A program made the position numbers and the translations under genes. The notes beneath the pieces are model-generated. The model made no database searches. It saw nothing but the letters and a program-made list of their open reading frames with translations, and was not told the origin of the DNA. Below, in pieces: positions 26,730 to 40,035 of a stretch of 64,000 nucleotides of DNA (positions are counted from its first letter, which is position 1; every line of letters begins with the position of its first letter). The stretch comes from Chrysomallon squamiferum (taxonomy: Eukaryota > Animalia > Mollusca), in contig CM022671.1 in the NCBI GenBank assembly GCA_012295275.1, positions 34,968,001 through 35,032,000 of the forward strand, given 5' to 3'.

Positions 26730-28439
26730 TTATAAAATATATACAGATACTGTTTAAGATTTCATGAATATCACATTGTTTTAATTTTAACTTATTTTAA
26801 TATCCAATTCATTCTGAACATTTATCTATGCAAATGATAAAATGCTTTGCAGATTATAAGCAAAACAAAACAAAAAATTACTGACTACTTACTGCTGAAG
26901 CACAGTTAGCATTTCTTACCAAAAACATTTTTAAATGGAATCTAGATTCTTCCAGAACATCTGGCTACAACACATGGCTTCTGCTTATATTTTTAAATGG
27001 ATCCATTTGTGAATGTGGACTGCACACTTGAGGTTTGCCTCCATATTCTTCTTCACGTAACAACTAAAAACTTCAAATATCATGCAGTAATTCTGCATTA
27101 CCTTGGAACAGGAAAGTTCCAAGTTCTTTTTCTCTGCATCTGTTAGCTTTTGAACTTGAGGCAAATATCAGTTTCACGGAAGAGAACATTGATAGTTTAC
27201 ACAATCACCAAAGAACACTGTTTTTATTACAAGGATAATTTATAAGTCTCCAGAATGGGAAAGAAATATTGGATAAAAAAAGATCGGTTTTGTATTCAAC
27301 ATCTGTCCAGTTTCAACTGCACATCTGGTGATCAATGTGAGTCAATTTAATAATTACATCAAGTTAATTTGATAATTAATCTGACACAAGTACATTTTGA
27401 TCAACACCTTTTTTTCTAACTCTCTGGCTGATTAGTTAAAAATTGATTTCTTCTAACGCAGACACACGAAGGCCCATTTATAAAAGTACATGCAGTTATA
27501 CCGATGGCTGGAAATTGCGTCGTCCAAAATAACACTTTAATTTAATGTGTTTGGTCCTTTGACAGCAACAAATATGAGGTAAAATTATGAAATATTTTTA
27601 GTACTTTGCTATTTTCCATTATTTTGTTGTTGTTGGGTTTTTTTTCCCCCTATAAATATATTGATTCAGTTCTATTAAAATAAATTGTAATTTTTTTTTT
27701 TTTTCTTTTAAATTATTACTGTTATTTTAATTTTATTATTTCTTTAAATTTAATGTTATTATTAGTTTTTTGGGGGGCTGTTTTTTTTTTTGTATGGTGT
27801 TTTATTGTATATTAAATTTATATCTAGGCTTATATTGGAAATATATTAATTTTAAAATTTTATTAACTATTTAATAGAGCACAATAATAATAATAACAAC
27901 AAAAATAAAAAACTAGATTTATTACGTTTGATGTCTTCTGCATAACACCAATTAAAAAACCAATTTATAATAAATCCCTCTGAATAAACATTAAAATTAG
28001 AAAATCTGAACAAATATAAAATTTCAATTAAATTTAAAATAATAAAATATAAATGAAATGGGTCTTATATTAATTAGTATTCAGTTGAAATACTATTATT
28101 CAATAAATACTAGTTTCAACATCTGTGCTGTTTCAAACTACCATGTCTGGTACTGAACTCAGCACATTTTAATAATTACATCAAGGTTTTTTTTACAATA
28201 ATATTAATAGAACTGGGTTCTTTTAAATAATAATTAATAGTGGTATCAATAAAAAGATAATGTAACAAGTGAAAACAGATTAAATGAAGCCCATCATGAT
28301 GAAGATAAATAGTTCAAACATTTAATAAACAGCTATTAAATTTCTGGTCACCAGATGATATTTATTAACAAGTTTACTGAAATACCTACTCTCTTTATTT
28401 ATGTTATTGTTGACATGATTTTAAATTCTGCATTTAATA

Positions 28440-28474
<35 letters not shown>

Positions 28475-28877
28475 GTTATTTTCCAGAAATAAATAATTTA
28501 TGACAGTATATTTTCTTTCAAATGTTAATAGAAATAATGTAAGGGAGATAATTCATTTGTAATCTGAAATTAAACTCTCAGCAATATCTGAAGTAATGTT
28601 TTCTAAAATTTCAGAAAGTAAATAAAAAATATATTATAACTGAAAGTTAAATAAATATAAAATAAAAACGTTACCTCTTTCTCAATTAATTTTTTAATTA
28701 AAAGTTATTTTGTTCTGAATTAAAAAAATAATAATAAATATGAAGAGTACACTGTTTTAGTTTTAAAAATATGCTTAGGTGTTATCATTTTTTTTTTTTT
28801 TTTTTTTTTTTAAATCAACCTAAATGTCATTTTTCTGTTGTTTTTCATCCACTTAATAACATTTCCTCATTTCTTTT

Positions 28878-28916
<39 letters not shown>

Positions 28917-30094
28917 AAAATGTACATTTGTTTGCAAACTGTTAACTGATAAAATTGAATTTTTTAAAAATTGAATCTTACCCCTTTCTTGAATCGAATG
29001 CTGCCACTTCTCTTCAGTGTTCCCCCCTTGACGACTTCATCTTGAACATCAATAGCTCCCCCATCTTTGCCAGGACGCACACTCAGCTCTATCAACTCAG
29101 GAATGGGCTGCACCTTCAATGTTACTACCTCACCACATTTTTTAATAATTTCAACTATTTCCTCCCTAGTTTTGGATTCGACACTATTACCATTAACTTC
29201 TACCAGTCTGTCTCCAGGAATCAGTCCTGTGTTTAAACATTTGGGGCCAGTTCCTGGTTCAGCAAAAGTACAAGTTGTTATGGGTAAGCCCATGTCGCCT
29301 GCTGCCCCTATCTCTGGAACTATCCCTTTTCTCAGGCTGAAGCCAAAGTCTCCAGCTGGAGTACGTTTGATTACAAGCTCACGAGTACGAGGAGATTTCA
29401 GAGGAATAATCTTTGGTAGTTTTAAATCTTTATCAAATGATTTTTCTGAAAAATCTTGAAATTGATCCACCATTTCATTTTGTGTTGGTAATTCTTCCTT
29501 CGTAGTTTGTTTTTCTTGACGAGTGTCAGCTACTCTTCTAGGTTTCGGTTGAGGTTTTGGTTGCGGTTTCTGTGGAGAAGCCTGAAGCTGTTGGATTTTA
29601 ACTGGTGGTTCTGTAAGACCGGACATTTCCTGATTCATCCGAGTGTTCTCCTGCAAAACGGTTGTGTCATCAAGATTATGAGGCATTACTGGAGAACCAT
29701 CATACATTTTAGATCTTTCCTTAAGAATACTTTTAGGTTTGGGAAAAACCGGTGGCGGGTTTGAAGCTGCATTTCTGGACGCATTTGAGTTATTAACATT
29801 TGGTGGCATCTCCTTCGTTGGGCTCGGACGTCCGGAAGAACCACTGACGCTGAGATTACTCTCGCTACTGTCACTTTTTGCTACACCGTCTTTTGGTTCC
29901 GATTTGTGATGTTTATCTCGGTCACTAAATCGACGAAAAACTCCTTTTTTAACCTCTTCCAATCGTGACAGTTCTTCTGGCGTCACTTGAGGTTTAGCTT
30001 TTTCCTTTTTCTCTTTCTTTTCCTTCTTCTCTTTTTCTTTCCTCTCCTTCTTGTCTTTTTCTTTCTCCTTATCTTTCTTTCTAAATCCAAACAT
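194..30094 (-). CDS. MYO18A: Unconventional myosin XVIII (MYO18A-like, KE-rich + PDZ isoform), 3' part runs off the window
   Basis: Coding exons, all GT-AG: 28982-30094, 8149-8346, 7449-7625, 6690-6899, 5596-5738, 4815-4915, 4302-4362, 3750-3894, 3038-3179, 2555-2683, 1950-2142, 1496-1582, 986-1130, 194-353. Phases agree except a 1-nt deficit in 6690-6899. Translation gives a KE-rich N-terminus, PDZ (GDFGFSLRK), [45 protein letters not shown]-loop GRSGx[10 protein letters not shown], switch II DTPGFQ and [15 protein letters not shown], characteristic of myosin-18. Confidence 0.95.
5761..6250. repeat. Compound (AAT)n microsatellite
   Basis: About 490 bp of AAT/AGT/AAC triplets with an internal ~200-bp duplication (AATAAAAGAAATGATAAT..TCATAGGAAT at 6011 and 6211). 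Confidence 0.95.
6891..7330 (-). repeat. Degenerate 79-85 bp tandem repeat containing copies of a MYO18A splice acceptor
   Basis: ACCTGT(C/T)AAAATATAATTT-like unit at about 6898, 6977, 7062, 7147, 7228, 7311. Confidence 0.8.
10426..11905 (-). CDS. MYO18A: Candidate alternative first exon of MYO18A encoding a long Ser/Arg/Lys-rich N-terminal extension (one apparent frameshift)
   Basis: Two overlapping long ORFs (11129-11905 and 10333-11190) in otherwise stop-rich intron. Start context ATA-ATG-G; phase-0 donor CAG|GTGTGT at 10426 matches the phase-0 acceptor at 8346. Confidence 0.65.
12320..12585. repeat. Local tandem duplication, ~177-bp period
   Basis: TAATTCCTG(C/T)CAAGAAAAACACAAAAATTAAACCAGCAGGA ... 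AAGCT(A/T)CAGTGAAACAT occurs twice. Confidence 0.85.
22500..22780. repeat. (CA)n/(TACA)n microsatellite tract
   Basis: Direct inspection. Other simple tracts at about 15145-15190 (AG), 17882-17921 (CA), 18680-18731 (CT), 23515-23595 (TACA), 28441-28471 (TG), 36110-36280, 55984-56022 (TG). Confidence 0.9.
24619..24735 (-). CDS. MYO18A: Candidate short alternative first exon of MYO18A ([39 protein letters not shown])
   Basis: AAA-ATG-G start, 39 open codons, strong phase-0 donor AAG|GTAAAC, locally higher GC/CpG than the flanks. Confidence 0.45.
25090..25330. repeat. Degenerate ~70-bp AT-rich tandem repeat, about 3 copies
   Basis: TTTGTT(A/G)T(A/G)ATGTCCT(G/A)CAT ... AATAATTTAA(T/A)GTTTG(T/G)TATAAAAATAAATAAA repeated. 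Confidence 0.8.
28982..30094 (-). CDS. MYO18A: MYO18A first coding exon (KE-rich region + PDZ domain)
   Basis: 371-codon exon [13 protein letters not shown]...GSIRFKKG ending at the phase-0 donor GGG|GTAAGA; joins in frame to GCT AAG ACA (AKTE) at 8346. Confidence 0.93.
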
Positions 30095-30405
30095 TTTGAA
30101 TTAACTGCACTATAAACAACCTTTACTAAATGTCAACAAAATCTTAAATTGTCACCACACGGCTGTCTTTGTATACCACCTGTCAATGAGCAGACGCTTA
30201 CTGTTGATCCAAAAACAAAAACATTACCGAATGTAAGTAGCAAAACTATTACAATTTACATAATCTAGACAAAAAGGATACCAAAACATATTAAAAAACA
30301 TTATCGACTGACGAAAACAATGTATTCATTTAAGTGTTATCTAAATAAGAATATCTATGCAAACTTTATTTCTGAAATTAGGACTTTAAGAGTCGCACCT
30401 ACAGC

Positions 30406-30415
30406 CAAGATGGCG
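30406..30415 (+). promoter_or_regulatory. YY1-type motif CAAGATGGCG near the MYO18A 5' end
   Basis: Match to the YY1 core in a small CpG-containing patch about 310 bp upstream of the MYO18A ATG. Confidence 0.35.
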
Positions 30416-31284
30416 ATATTGCGGTGTCATGTCGTTTTATTTCCTTATCATATAAAATACCCAGTTTATCATCATAAACAAAACCAATTGAATAGTTTAT
30501 TAATCTTTTATATTTGTAAATTAAAATATATATATCGGCCTGTACTAGTGAAAATATAATAAACTGCGTTCTTTATAATAATTAATAAGCCTAAATTGAA
30601 GTTTATTTATTATGGACAATTATTAACTTTCGCACCAACAAGATGTCCATTAGAGTTATCTGGTCTTGTAAAAGGTGGGGCCCATTTAAGGATAATTGCA
30701 TTTCAAATGTTTTCTGCTCTGTACATTGACAGTTATAGGAAAGTTTTGCTTTTTATTTTTGCTATCACTATTTTTATTTTTTTTTAATTATGATTTTTTA
30801 AATATATAAATTAACCACTTTGAAAACTGCATTATTTAAATTTAGTTTTAAATGTGTTTTTTGTAAGGTGCCATCAGAAATATGTTAAAAATAAATATGT
30901 TAAAAAAAAAAAAAAATGAAATAAACATTTGCATGGATGCATTCACATTTTTTAAAGCCGATTAAAAAATAATTTTAGATGGTTATTTCTATTCAAAAGA
31001 TCAGTTTAAATTATTACAAACTTAATGTCTATTTCACAAATTTTTTTAATTCAAGTTTCTGCAATTGTGAAAAATCTATTTGTGAGTCAAAAATACAAAC
31101 TCAGAGAGCTGTTCAGATCAAGGTAGCATCATTTTTTCTCTCATACTGTTATTTTAAAACCAACTGACATGATGAGAAACAAAATATTTTAATACAGAAG
31201 CTTAAACAATTACTTAAATGCTATATGTTTGTCAACAGATTGTTAATTTTCATACATTTGCATTTTTTTATTCTTGCAATGATA

Positions 31285-31315
<31 letters not shown>

Positions 31316-34001
31316 ATATATATATATATACTCACACATACACCCACATACACACAAAATAACAATAAAAAAACAAACCCAAAGAGGAATATCTGAGACT
31401 TTATTCAAAAACAGATGTACATAACATACAATATTTATAGTCCATTAATTACACGTATTATTTACAAGTGATTATGCTAATTAAACAAAGATGTAATACA
31501 GAGTTATGCTTCAGAAACTGCATCATTGTTAAAAATTCAAAGATTCAATGTACAACTTTCTTTTCTTTTTTTTCAGGAATTTAACATTACATATACATAA
31601 ATAAAATAAACAACTTAACCATTTATAATTCTTAGCTTAAAAATTCCTCTATATCTTTCTTTCTTTTTTTTTTTTCTAATTTGTTCTTCTTTTTTTGGAC
31701 TTCAATACATCTTTTTTCTACATTAGTTGTGAATGAAATGTCAGACACTGAAGAGTTAATTCAAATCAAATAAAGATAATCGTAAGGAATTTTTTTTTTT
31801 TTTTTTTTACTTAACCACAATTAAGGATAATCACTATTAATCTGAACATCACGTTATTATCCATCTGTACTAAGATACAAACCTATATCTGGAATTATCT
31901 ACACTTTTAAAATCACTGCCTTATCAGTTTGAAACATCCACATCCATTTTTATAGCAACTGTTACATATACTGGGAAAAAATACCACTGCTTACAATAAA
32001 TCAATCACTTTAGTCTCATGACAATGTGAAAACATTTAAGTATTTTTGTCATGGACAACAATGAAGAAGAGTTCATTGTGCCCTGCAATATCTGGGAGTT
32101 AGAGAGAAGAAAAAAGTGTAGTGATTTTACTCTTCTCAAATTAACTCAAGTTTTTAAGAACCATGAGGTCATGATCCCATTATATACTAGTTTAAAGACT
32201 AGTGGCTTAACCATTTGCAAGCAGTCATGCTTAACAGTAATTCAGTTCATTTCAAATTAAAGCATTATCACAGGAAATAATTCATTTTACATATAATGCT
32301 AATTAACCACCAGCAGGCATCTTTATGAAAACAACTTTTCGTGAATGCTGCCCAATGAAAGTAATTATCATAAAGCAATTAAAGTTTCGAACAGACCTAT
32401 GCATGTATTTTAGAGAGGGAGAGAGAGGGAGAGAGAGAGAGAGAGAGAGAGACAAACAGACAGAGAATCTTCCACTGACAAGGATCCTCAGGAAGTAAAT
32501 CTTTACCAGTTAAGCTAACAGGAAAATTTCACAAGAAAGGACCCTATGCATTTTATTACAAAACTGTTATGTACATATAAACTACTAATTTGTAGTTACT
32601 TACATTCATAAATGTATTCCATAAATAATATGCCCTGAAAATAATTATTCTCACCTTCATAATACTAAAACAATGCACCACAATAATCACAATTCAAAGA
32701 CATCTTTGTAATATTTTAAATACTTTTAGCAACTAATAAACTTCTCTAGATAGACTTTTTAATGTATTCTTTTTTCATTTTTAAATTTAAAAAAAAAAAT
32801 GAAAAATTGCAACTGTCAGCAAAAAGACACGGTTTCCTCTGATATTAGAAATTAATTATATTGTAATGACTCGTACAGCACAGAAAATTGCAAAATTAAG
32901 ATAGCACCCCTACCTCAAAAATAAATTTCCATCACCAAATAAAAATTAAAAAACAATTCCAGAATATACCAAGTGATGAAAACAGCAGTAGGCACATCCT
33001 CATAAAAAATAAAAATTTATAAAAAATAAGCATGTGCCTAGAAGCAAAACTTTTTAACCAAATTTTTTTATTTATGTATGTACAAGATATACTTCATATC
33101 CTAACTAGAAAAATAAAATGAAATACAGATAATATTTATAGAGTAATAAAATTCAATTTACATTGGATTTGTATGTAGGGGACAGAAAAATTTAACACCT
33201 GCACAAACAAGACAGAAATACAGATCAAGACTGTCTGCATTTATAGACATATTTTTAACAGCTATTGCATAATTTTAAAGCTAACCCGACATGACATGAG
33301 AAACCATCTAAGGACAAGTGTGTGTTTCCAAGTGACAGTTTTATTGAGTTCTTCATGCTAATCTTTGCTAATAATAAAGTAATATAATACTATTTGAAAC
33401 AGAAAATTTAGAAAAACAAAGACCTGTGAACAGTATAAAACTTTTGAAAGTTCAACAATTTGTCTGTTTTTACACTGTGAGAAATTTTTTTTTTTTTACA
33501 TCATAAACACTAAAAGAAAAATGGTGCCTTCGTTTTCTTTTACATGCTCCAATATTTTATTACTATTAAAGGTTTGTTTATTTAAAATCTAGGACAAGAA
33601 AATATAGATCATTGCATGTACACTTTAATAGAAGGATTTGTTCAAATTGTGTAACAAACAATCTTTTTGTCCTCTCTATGCAAATCTTCCACTTGGAGTA
33701 AGTTTTGATAATAATGTGTTAAAACATTTATTTTATATTATCTGTCTTTGTCACTGTCCACCACCTAATTTCTATCTCCCCCAACTTCGTTAAATATAAT
33801 ATCTATAATCTGTTAAGTCTTTCATTTATTGATTTCAATGGATATCAAAAAGAAATGTTTTTAAAAGTGTGTCAAAAATACTGAAAGTTCTAATACCAAA
33901 GAATTTTGATGACAGTCATTTAAATTAAAAACTATTTTTTATTTTTAGTTTATTTTTTTTTTTTTTTTTTTTGTTCAAATTAATTTTTTTATTATTAGTA
34001 T

Positions 34002-34039
<38 letters not shown>

Positions 34040-34148
34040 GTGTTAATATTAGTTTAAAAAATTTCTACATTTTTAAATTTAAACCCGTTTTACTCAATTT
34101 CAGTAAGTTCTGAAAATACTCACATGAAGAAACAGTAAAATTCAAATA

Positions 34149-34378
34149 CAGGGGGGGGTGCAAAAGTAGGTATAGAGTAGTATCACATCAGTGAATTTAG
34201 CAGCACATTAAATTAGTTGGATTCATTTTTCTTATTTTGAGTGTCATTAACCATATTTTCTTTCAATTAATAAAAATGCATGTACTTTTATATTAGCTTT
34301 TTTGTTTGAATAATAAATGCAATGAGTATTGTACGTTTTCTTTTTTCATAACTGTATACCAACTTTTGCACCCCCCTG
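34149..34378. mobile_element. Non-autonomous Tc1/mariner-type MITE, 230 bp
   Basis: Terminal inverted repeats CAGGGGGGGGTGCAAAAGTAGGTATAGAGT ... ACTGTATACCAACTTTTGCACCCCCCTG, flanked by TA on both sides (34147-34148, 34379-34380); no coding capacity. Confidence 0.8.
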
Positions 34379-35206
34379 TATACTGAATAGTTAATCACAG
34401 TAAAAATGAAAACCAAATGAATACAGCTCATCAATTTTATAATTTTTGCAAATTTCAGGCCTTTCCACACCACACCCAGTATAAACTTGGATTTATGTGT
34501 ACTATATATTTTGTAAACAACTAATATACTATGACTCTATTCATATCTTGCCTTAAAGGATTTTAGCTATAAAAAATAACATTAATAATTACTTTGATTA
34601 TAAAAAATTTGTTTAGTTTGATTACAAGAAAAATAAAAATTTGTTTTAAATATACCACAGTGAGTTTACAATTTACTGGAATAGTCAGCACCAAAGAATT
34701 TTGTTCACTTGCCTTTAAATTACTGTATTATTTCTGAAAATACAAAAATATTAAATATTTCAGGTAGTGCATCTGATTAAAAAGTGTGTTCTGTTTAAAT
34801 GACACCATTAAGATACAACTGATTAATTTTCTATCCTTAGCTGTTGGATATCAAAAATCTGATAATTCTGACAGTGTATTCAGTTAAAAGACAAAATTTA
34901 TTTCATTTACTGACATACCCAGAAGACATCAATCATTTTTTTTTTTTTTTTTTTAAATCAAAAGCTATTGGATACATTAAAAACCTTATTAGGAATGTCA
35001 TTGTTTTCTAGTTAAATAATTTATAATAATGGATAAGTGCCATTTTTTTTATACAGAAACATACAAAAAATAAAAATTTCTGCAATAAATAAATTAGGAA
35101 CATTCTGTGAAAGTTCTCACAAACAAATCATATGCTCCGGGCAACAGAGAAACGAAGAAGGAAAAAAATGGAAATATTTGTCCTCTTTGGTTTCCACTAC
35201 TGGTAG

Positions 35207-36180
35207 TCATGCCAACAAGAGCCACACAATAAACACAATTGCCACCCAAAGAAAAACTCGAGACAAAAATTGTTCTTCCACTTGCTGAGGTGAATTCTGT
35301 GGAGCTGTGAAAATTAAATAAGTTATGAAACATTTGTGCAACAACAAACCAACGATTCTATCAGATGGGCAGAAAACCTATTGCTAAAATATTTCCAAGT
35401 TAAGAGAATATGTCTTTATATTTACAGAACAAAATATATTTCGAAAAGACTAAGAAAAGACTGGACAAACCTCTCAAACCCTTTTTTCCTAATAACAAAT
35501 ATTACCTGACTGTCAAACAATTTTGTAAGGCAAATTAAACAAATAATGCAATAAAACATTTTCCAAAAAGAAAGAAGTTTTAATATTATCTTTCTTTTAA
35601 TGGTTTCATTTATCTAAAAAGAAAATTATTTCTCTTAGAAGTTTTTACTTAAGTTTACAATTAAATGGTAATAGAAAAATATTAAAATTGTTAATAAAAT
35701 TTAAAATAACTGAATTATCTTTCAAATATATGAATGAATAAATGGTGTTTAATGTCTGTTATTACATATACACACTTACGTGCACTAGGCCTGCCATCAT
35801 TGAAGTTAAACGTCTGAGCAAACAAACCAAAAGGAAAGGCACCAATACCAAACGAAAACTGAAAACCACCATCACCAAATCCAAAACCATTGAAACCCTG
35901 AAATAAATAAACTTAAAATTTGTATTTATACATTTTAAATAAAAAAATTTTTTTAATCCAAACTATTTATAGTTAAAACACAAGCTTTAACCTTTTTTTA
36001 TCTTGAAATCGTGCAAATACATTTGATAGTTTTACTGTAAATATGTAAGAATTTTTTTTGTTTTGGCTCATACAGTGTTAATATATATTTATTAACACCC
36101 AGCCTATCAATATATATATATATATATATATGTATGTATACATGTGTGTGTATATATATGTGTGTGTGTGTATATATATA

Positions 36181-36219
<39 letters not shown>

Positions 36220-38816
36220 TATATACATATATAGATATATATATATATGTAGATAGATAGATAGATAGATAGATATATAGATATATAAATACTGATTTCT
36301 CTCAAATCATAAATTTGGAAAACAATTTTATTATGCTGAAGGCTACTGGTTTAAATGGGAAGTAAACATTCAACAAACCAATGAAAATTATTGTGATTAT
36401 ATAAAAGACAAATTCTTTTTCTCACAAAATTTTCAGTGGTACTCATATTAATCAAATAATAATTTATTACAGAGCAAGTGAGTATACAACTATTATATGT
36501 AAATAGGCTTTTTGAATTTTAAAACAGCTGATCAAGTTATTAGATTTCATTACCCCAGCTGCCTCCGGTTCAGTTCTCTGCCCTGCAGGCCTTGGTGGAA
36601 GCTTTTCCCTGCATTACAAACGTGTACAAAAATCAATAAAGAGAACAATTTGTTTTAACTTTAATATTAACGAAGCTCCAAGTAAAATAATTTAACAGGA
36701 AAAGTGTGAGGAAAGAAATAACACATGTGCTGATTTGAGAACTGATGTTATATCTAGTGATGTTAGCAAATATTCTAAATGCACCATGCATTTTCAAGAT
36801 ATTATTTTGCTTTGGCGTATCAGTTCGAGGTACTTTTAAAAACATTTAAAAGGAAAATGACATCATTATTGTTAATTCTGTCAAGTTTTCACCATACATT
36901 ATTTTTTAGCAAACATTACCCACTCATTACAAATAAAACTATCAACTCTGAAGTTTCCAAAATTTATTTAAATTATTTTCCTTTGCATTCCCAAATACAT
37001 TTTAATGCAAAAAGGTCTTAAAATTATTTTAATATTTTCTAATATAAATTTTTATTTAAAATTGCTACGACACCATCAACACCAATCAAACTGTTATTCA
37101 AAAATAATTTGACATGAAATTCTATCAATGAATTTTATCCCAACATTCCAAAATAACACACCTTGGATCTTCTGATTTGGCATTTCCTCTGCCATAAATT
37201 GGAATAACTTTATCTTTTCCTGTCCCTGCCTTGCACACCGGACATGTCTGTCTGTTTGGTCTCGTTTCTAACCACTGATGTAAACATGGCCAACTATAAT
37301 ACAAAAATATGTCATTGAATACTTTTTACAACACCAAATATTTTTTATATATTAGCTGTTAAGGGTTTCTTTATATATACTATTCCAATAAGGTTGGAAA
37401 AAATTCTTTGTTTACAACAAATTAATTACTATAGTCTCTAGATAATGTAAGAAAACAATAATGAAATCTGATGTCATTCTAAATATTCTCTAAGATTCTG
37501 GATAAATAACAGAAAAAAAGGTATATACAAACTATATTTTATAACTAATGATAATATTAATAATAATATAAATGTATCATTGTAATTAATTCTAATATTT
37601 AAATATTAAATTATGTAAACATGTAAAATAAAAAAGAAGTGTTTTCTATATTTAAATTGTTATTTAATAGTCCTGCAAAATAAATATTGTTATATATTGT
37701 GTTCAAAAGAAACAGTCTATTTTATAATAATTATCAGTGCTTTCTAAAATGTAGTTTTGAAAATGAACTAAAAACAGAACAAAAACAATGGTATTATTTG
37801 TTATTGTTGGAGCAGTTCCATAATGAAACATAAAAACTAGGTCATAACTGTAGCCACTTAACAAGCTGTGACTAACCTTGCATGAATGGAATGAAAACTG
37901 TTAACATAAAATGTCAACAATATCCTCATCTATTACAATAATAATTAATAATAGCACAACTAATAAAATAAGAACCACATTTCCCCATTTCTGTATTTAA
38001 ACAATATCTAAATTGTAAAGACATTATTTACAATGTGAGATGTTTAAATGAATTTAAAAAAAAAAAAATTTGTTTTCTCTGTTCCAGATTTAAAGCATCT
38101 AAGTGTTACTTGATATGTACTGTTCTTTATTAGTTAAAAATGTACAGTGTATTACATGAAAGACAGCATGCAAACACAGCTCATATAGTGATTTCATAAT
38201 TAAATATGGTTAATAACTGAGTGGCCATTGCATAAATAATCATTCTATATGGCAAAATGATTAGCTGTGGTAAATATTTGTTCCAAAGTTATTATCATGG
38301 ATGTGAGAATGATAATATATTACTATGTCATTATCATCATTATCCAGGGAAATATTATACCACAATATTGTAAACACAAAAATATTTCAGTAAAATATAC
38401 ATATAATTACTCAGATAGATAGACAGATAGATAGATAGGCAGACAGATAGATGTGTATATTGCATGTTTATAATATTATACTACAGAAATGAACACTAAC
38501 GACAACACTGTCAACAGACACCAAACGGGAAACGCTGATTATATAATCCCAGTCTGTCATAAGAATTGACTGAAAAGTATTCATGAAAAAAGAAAGAAAG
38601 AAAGAAAAAAAAAAGAAAAAAAAAATGTTATATTAACCAATGATTGTTAGTAATAAAAGTTAAAACTAACCAGAACAAATGACCACACATACTGACAACC
38701 GGATCTTTTGCGGTGTCTAAACAAATGTTGCACTCATACAATCCTTCAGTTTCCTCAGTATGAGTCTCTTTGGGGTCGCCTTCCCCACCAGGAGGTGTAG
38801 TGTTTGATGCACTCAT
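35207..38816 (-). CDS. RNF185: E3 ubiquitin-protein ligase RNF185/RNF5 family (C3HC4 RING, C-terminal membrane anchor), 182 aa
   Basis: Exons 38671-38816, 37162-37293, 36554-36608, 35780-35897, 35207-35304, phase-consistent. [99 protein letters not shown]-stop. Confidence 0.95.
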
Positions 38817-39200
38817 TGATTTATAATATTAGTTTTGACAGTTCTTAAAAGAATAAAAATTACAGCTTTTTCTCATACGAATAACATTTTGACGGTAAAG
38901 CGGAAACGGAAATAATCAAATCAAAAGTATTAAAAGTATTAATAAAAATGAATACGAAACTATTTTAAAATATGTGTAGAGGAATAAAAATGTTTTATTA
39001 TTTATACTGGCGCAGATTTGATAGAAAAAAGTAACTGTATTTTTATTTTTAAAAATTTTTATAATTGCTATACGTATTTCGTTATCTGGAAAATATTTAT
39101 ATTTCTGTTTTAGTTTTAAGGTTATTCCAGGTTTTAAAAGATTTTAAGATGTCTGCTACCAGTGGAATTATCAGTTCGGCAACATTCAAACAATTTCAGG
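38817..39200. promoter_or_regulatory. Putative bidirectional promoter RNF185 / RMND1
   Basis: Divergent genes. Tandem ETS-like CGGAA cores (GCGGAAACGGAAAT, about 38900-38913); likely RMND1 leader exon ending at donor CAG|GTATAT (39199) with an acceptor at 39984. Confidence 0.5.
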
Positions 39201-40035
39201 TATATTCTAAATGACATGAAGAGTTACATGCTAAAATTTTGTTAGGATATGTTTTTTATTTTATATGAAAAAAGATATCTTATGATAAGTAATTAGATGT
39301 TGATAATATTAACGTTTACAATGCACAGAAATGTCCCTCCTTGGTCTTACTCTTGGTCTAACTTCAACTAGATCTTGGCCTAACCTTGTTAAAGGTATTT
39401 AATTTACTGAGTTAAGTATTACAGCATAATATTGAACTAACAAGACCCAAGTTTAACGTGAATATTGGAATAGCCAAATACAGGTCGTTCATGCAGACTG
39501 AGAAATCGGCTAAACACTATTAAATATTATGCAATAATGATTATGTTATCTATTAGATATTTACATCATCCATACATTTTTTTTAATAATATGAATATTT
39601 AAATAATAATAATTATTGTTGTTTCTGTTATCATCATTATTAATATTAATTAAAAAGTTAAAGGCAGTGTATACAATAACTGATTACAGCTGTACTTGTA
39701 AAGTTACATGATTCAGTGGCAGAATGTGTATATATTGTTCAGATTTATTTCAAAGTTCAATTAAGTAAAATCTGATGCAACACAACATCATCAAAAATTT
39801 ATTTTGCATTGATTGTTTTATGTATAAAAAACAAAAATACAAAAAAGATATTGTGAAAATTGACTTTTGAACTGCCCAGTTTCTTAATCAAATGTATTTT
39901 AATTCTGTTGGTATTATGAGAAGATTAGTTTGTGAATTATGTATGAGTAAGCATAACAGCTATTTTTGTGTGTCTCTTTTTCAGATATAAATATTTTGTA
40001 GAAGATTTTTTTTTTTAATGTTTTGAAATACAAAA

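Noticed and set aside
29067-29764. Plus-strand ORFs of 130 and 85 aa
   Set aside because: Antisense shadows of the MYO18A PDZ exon.
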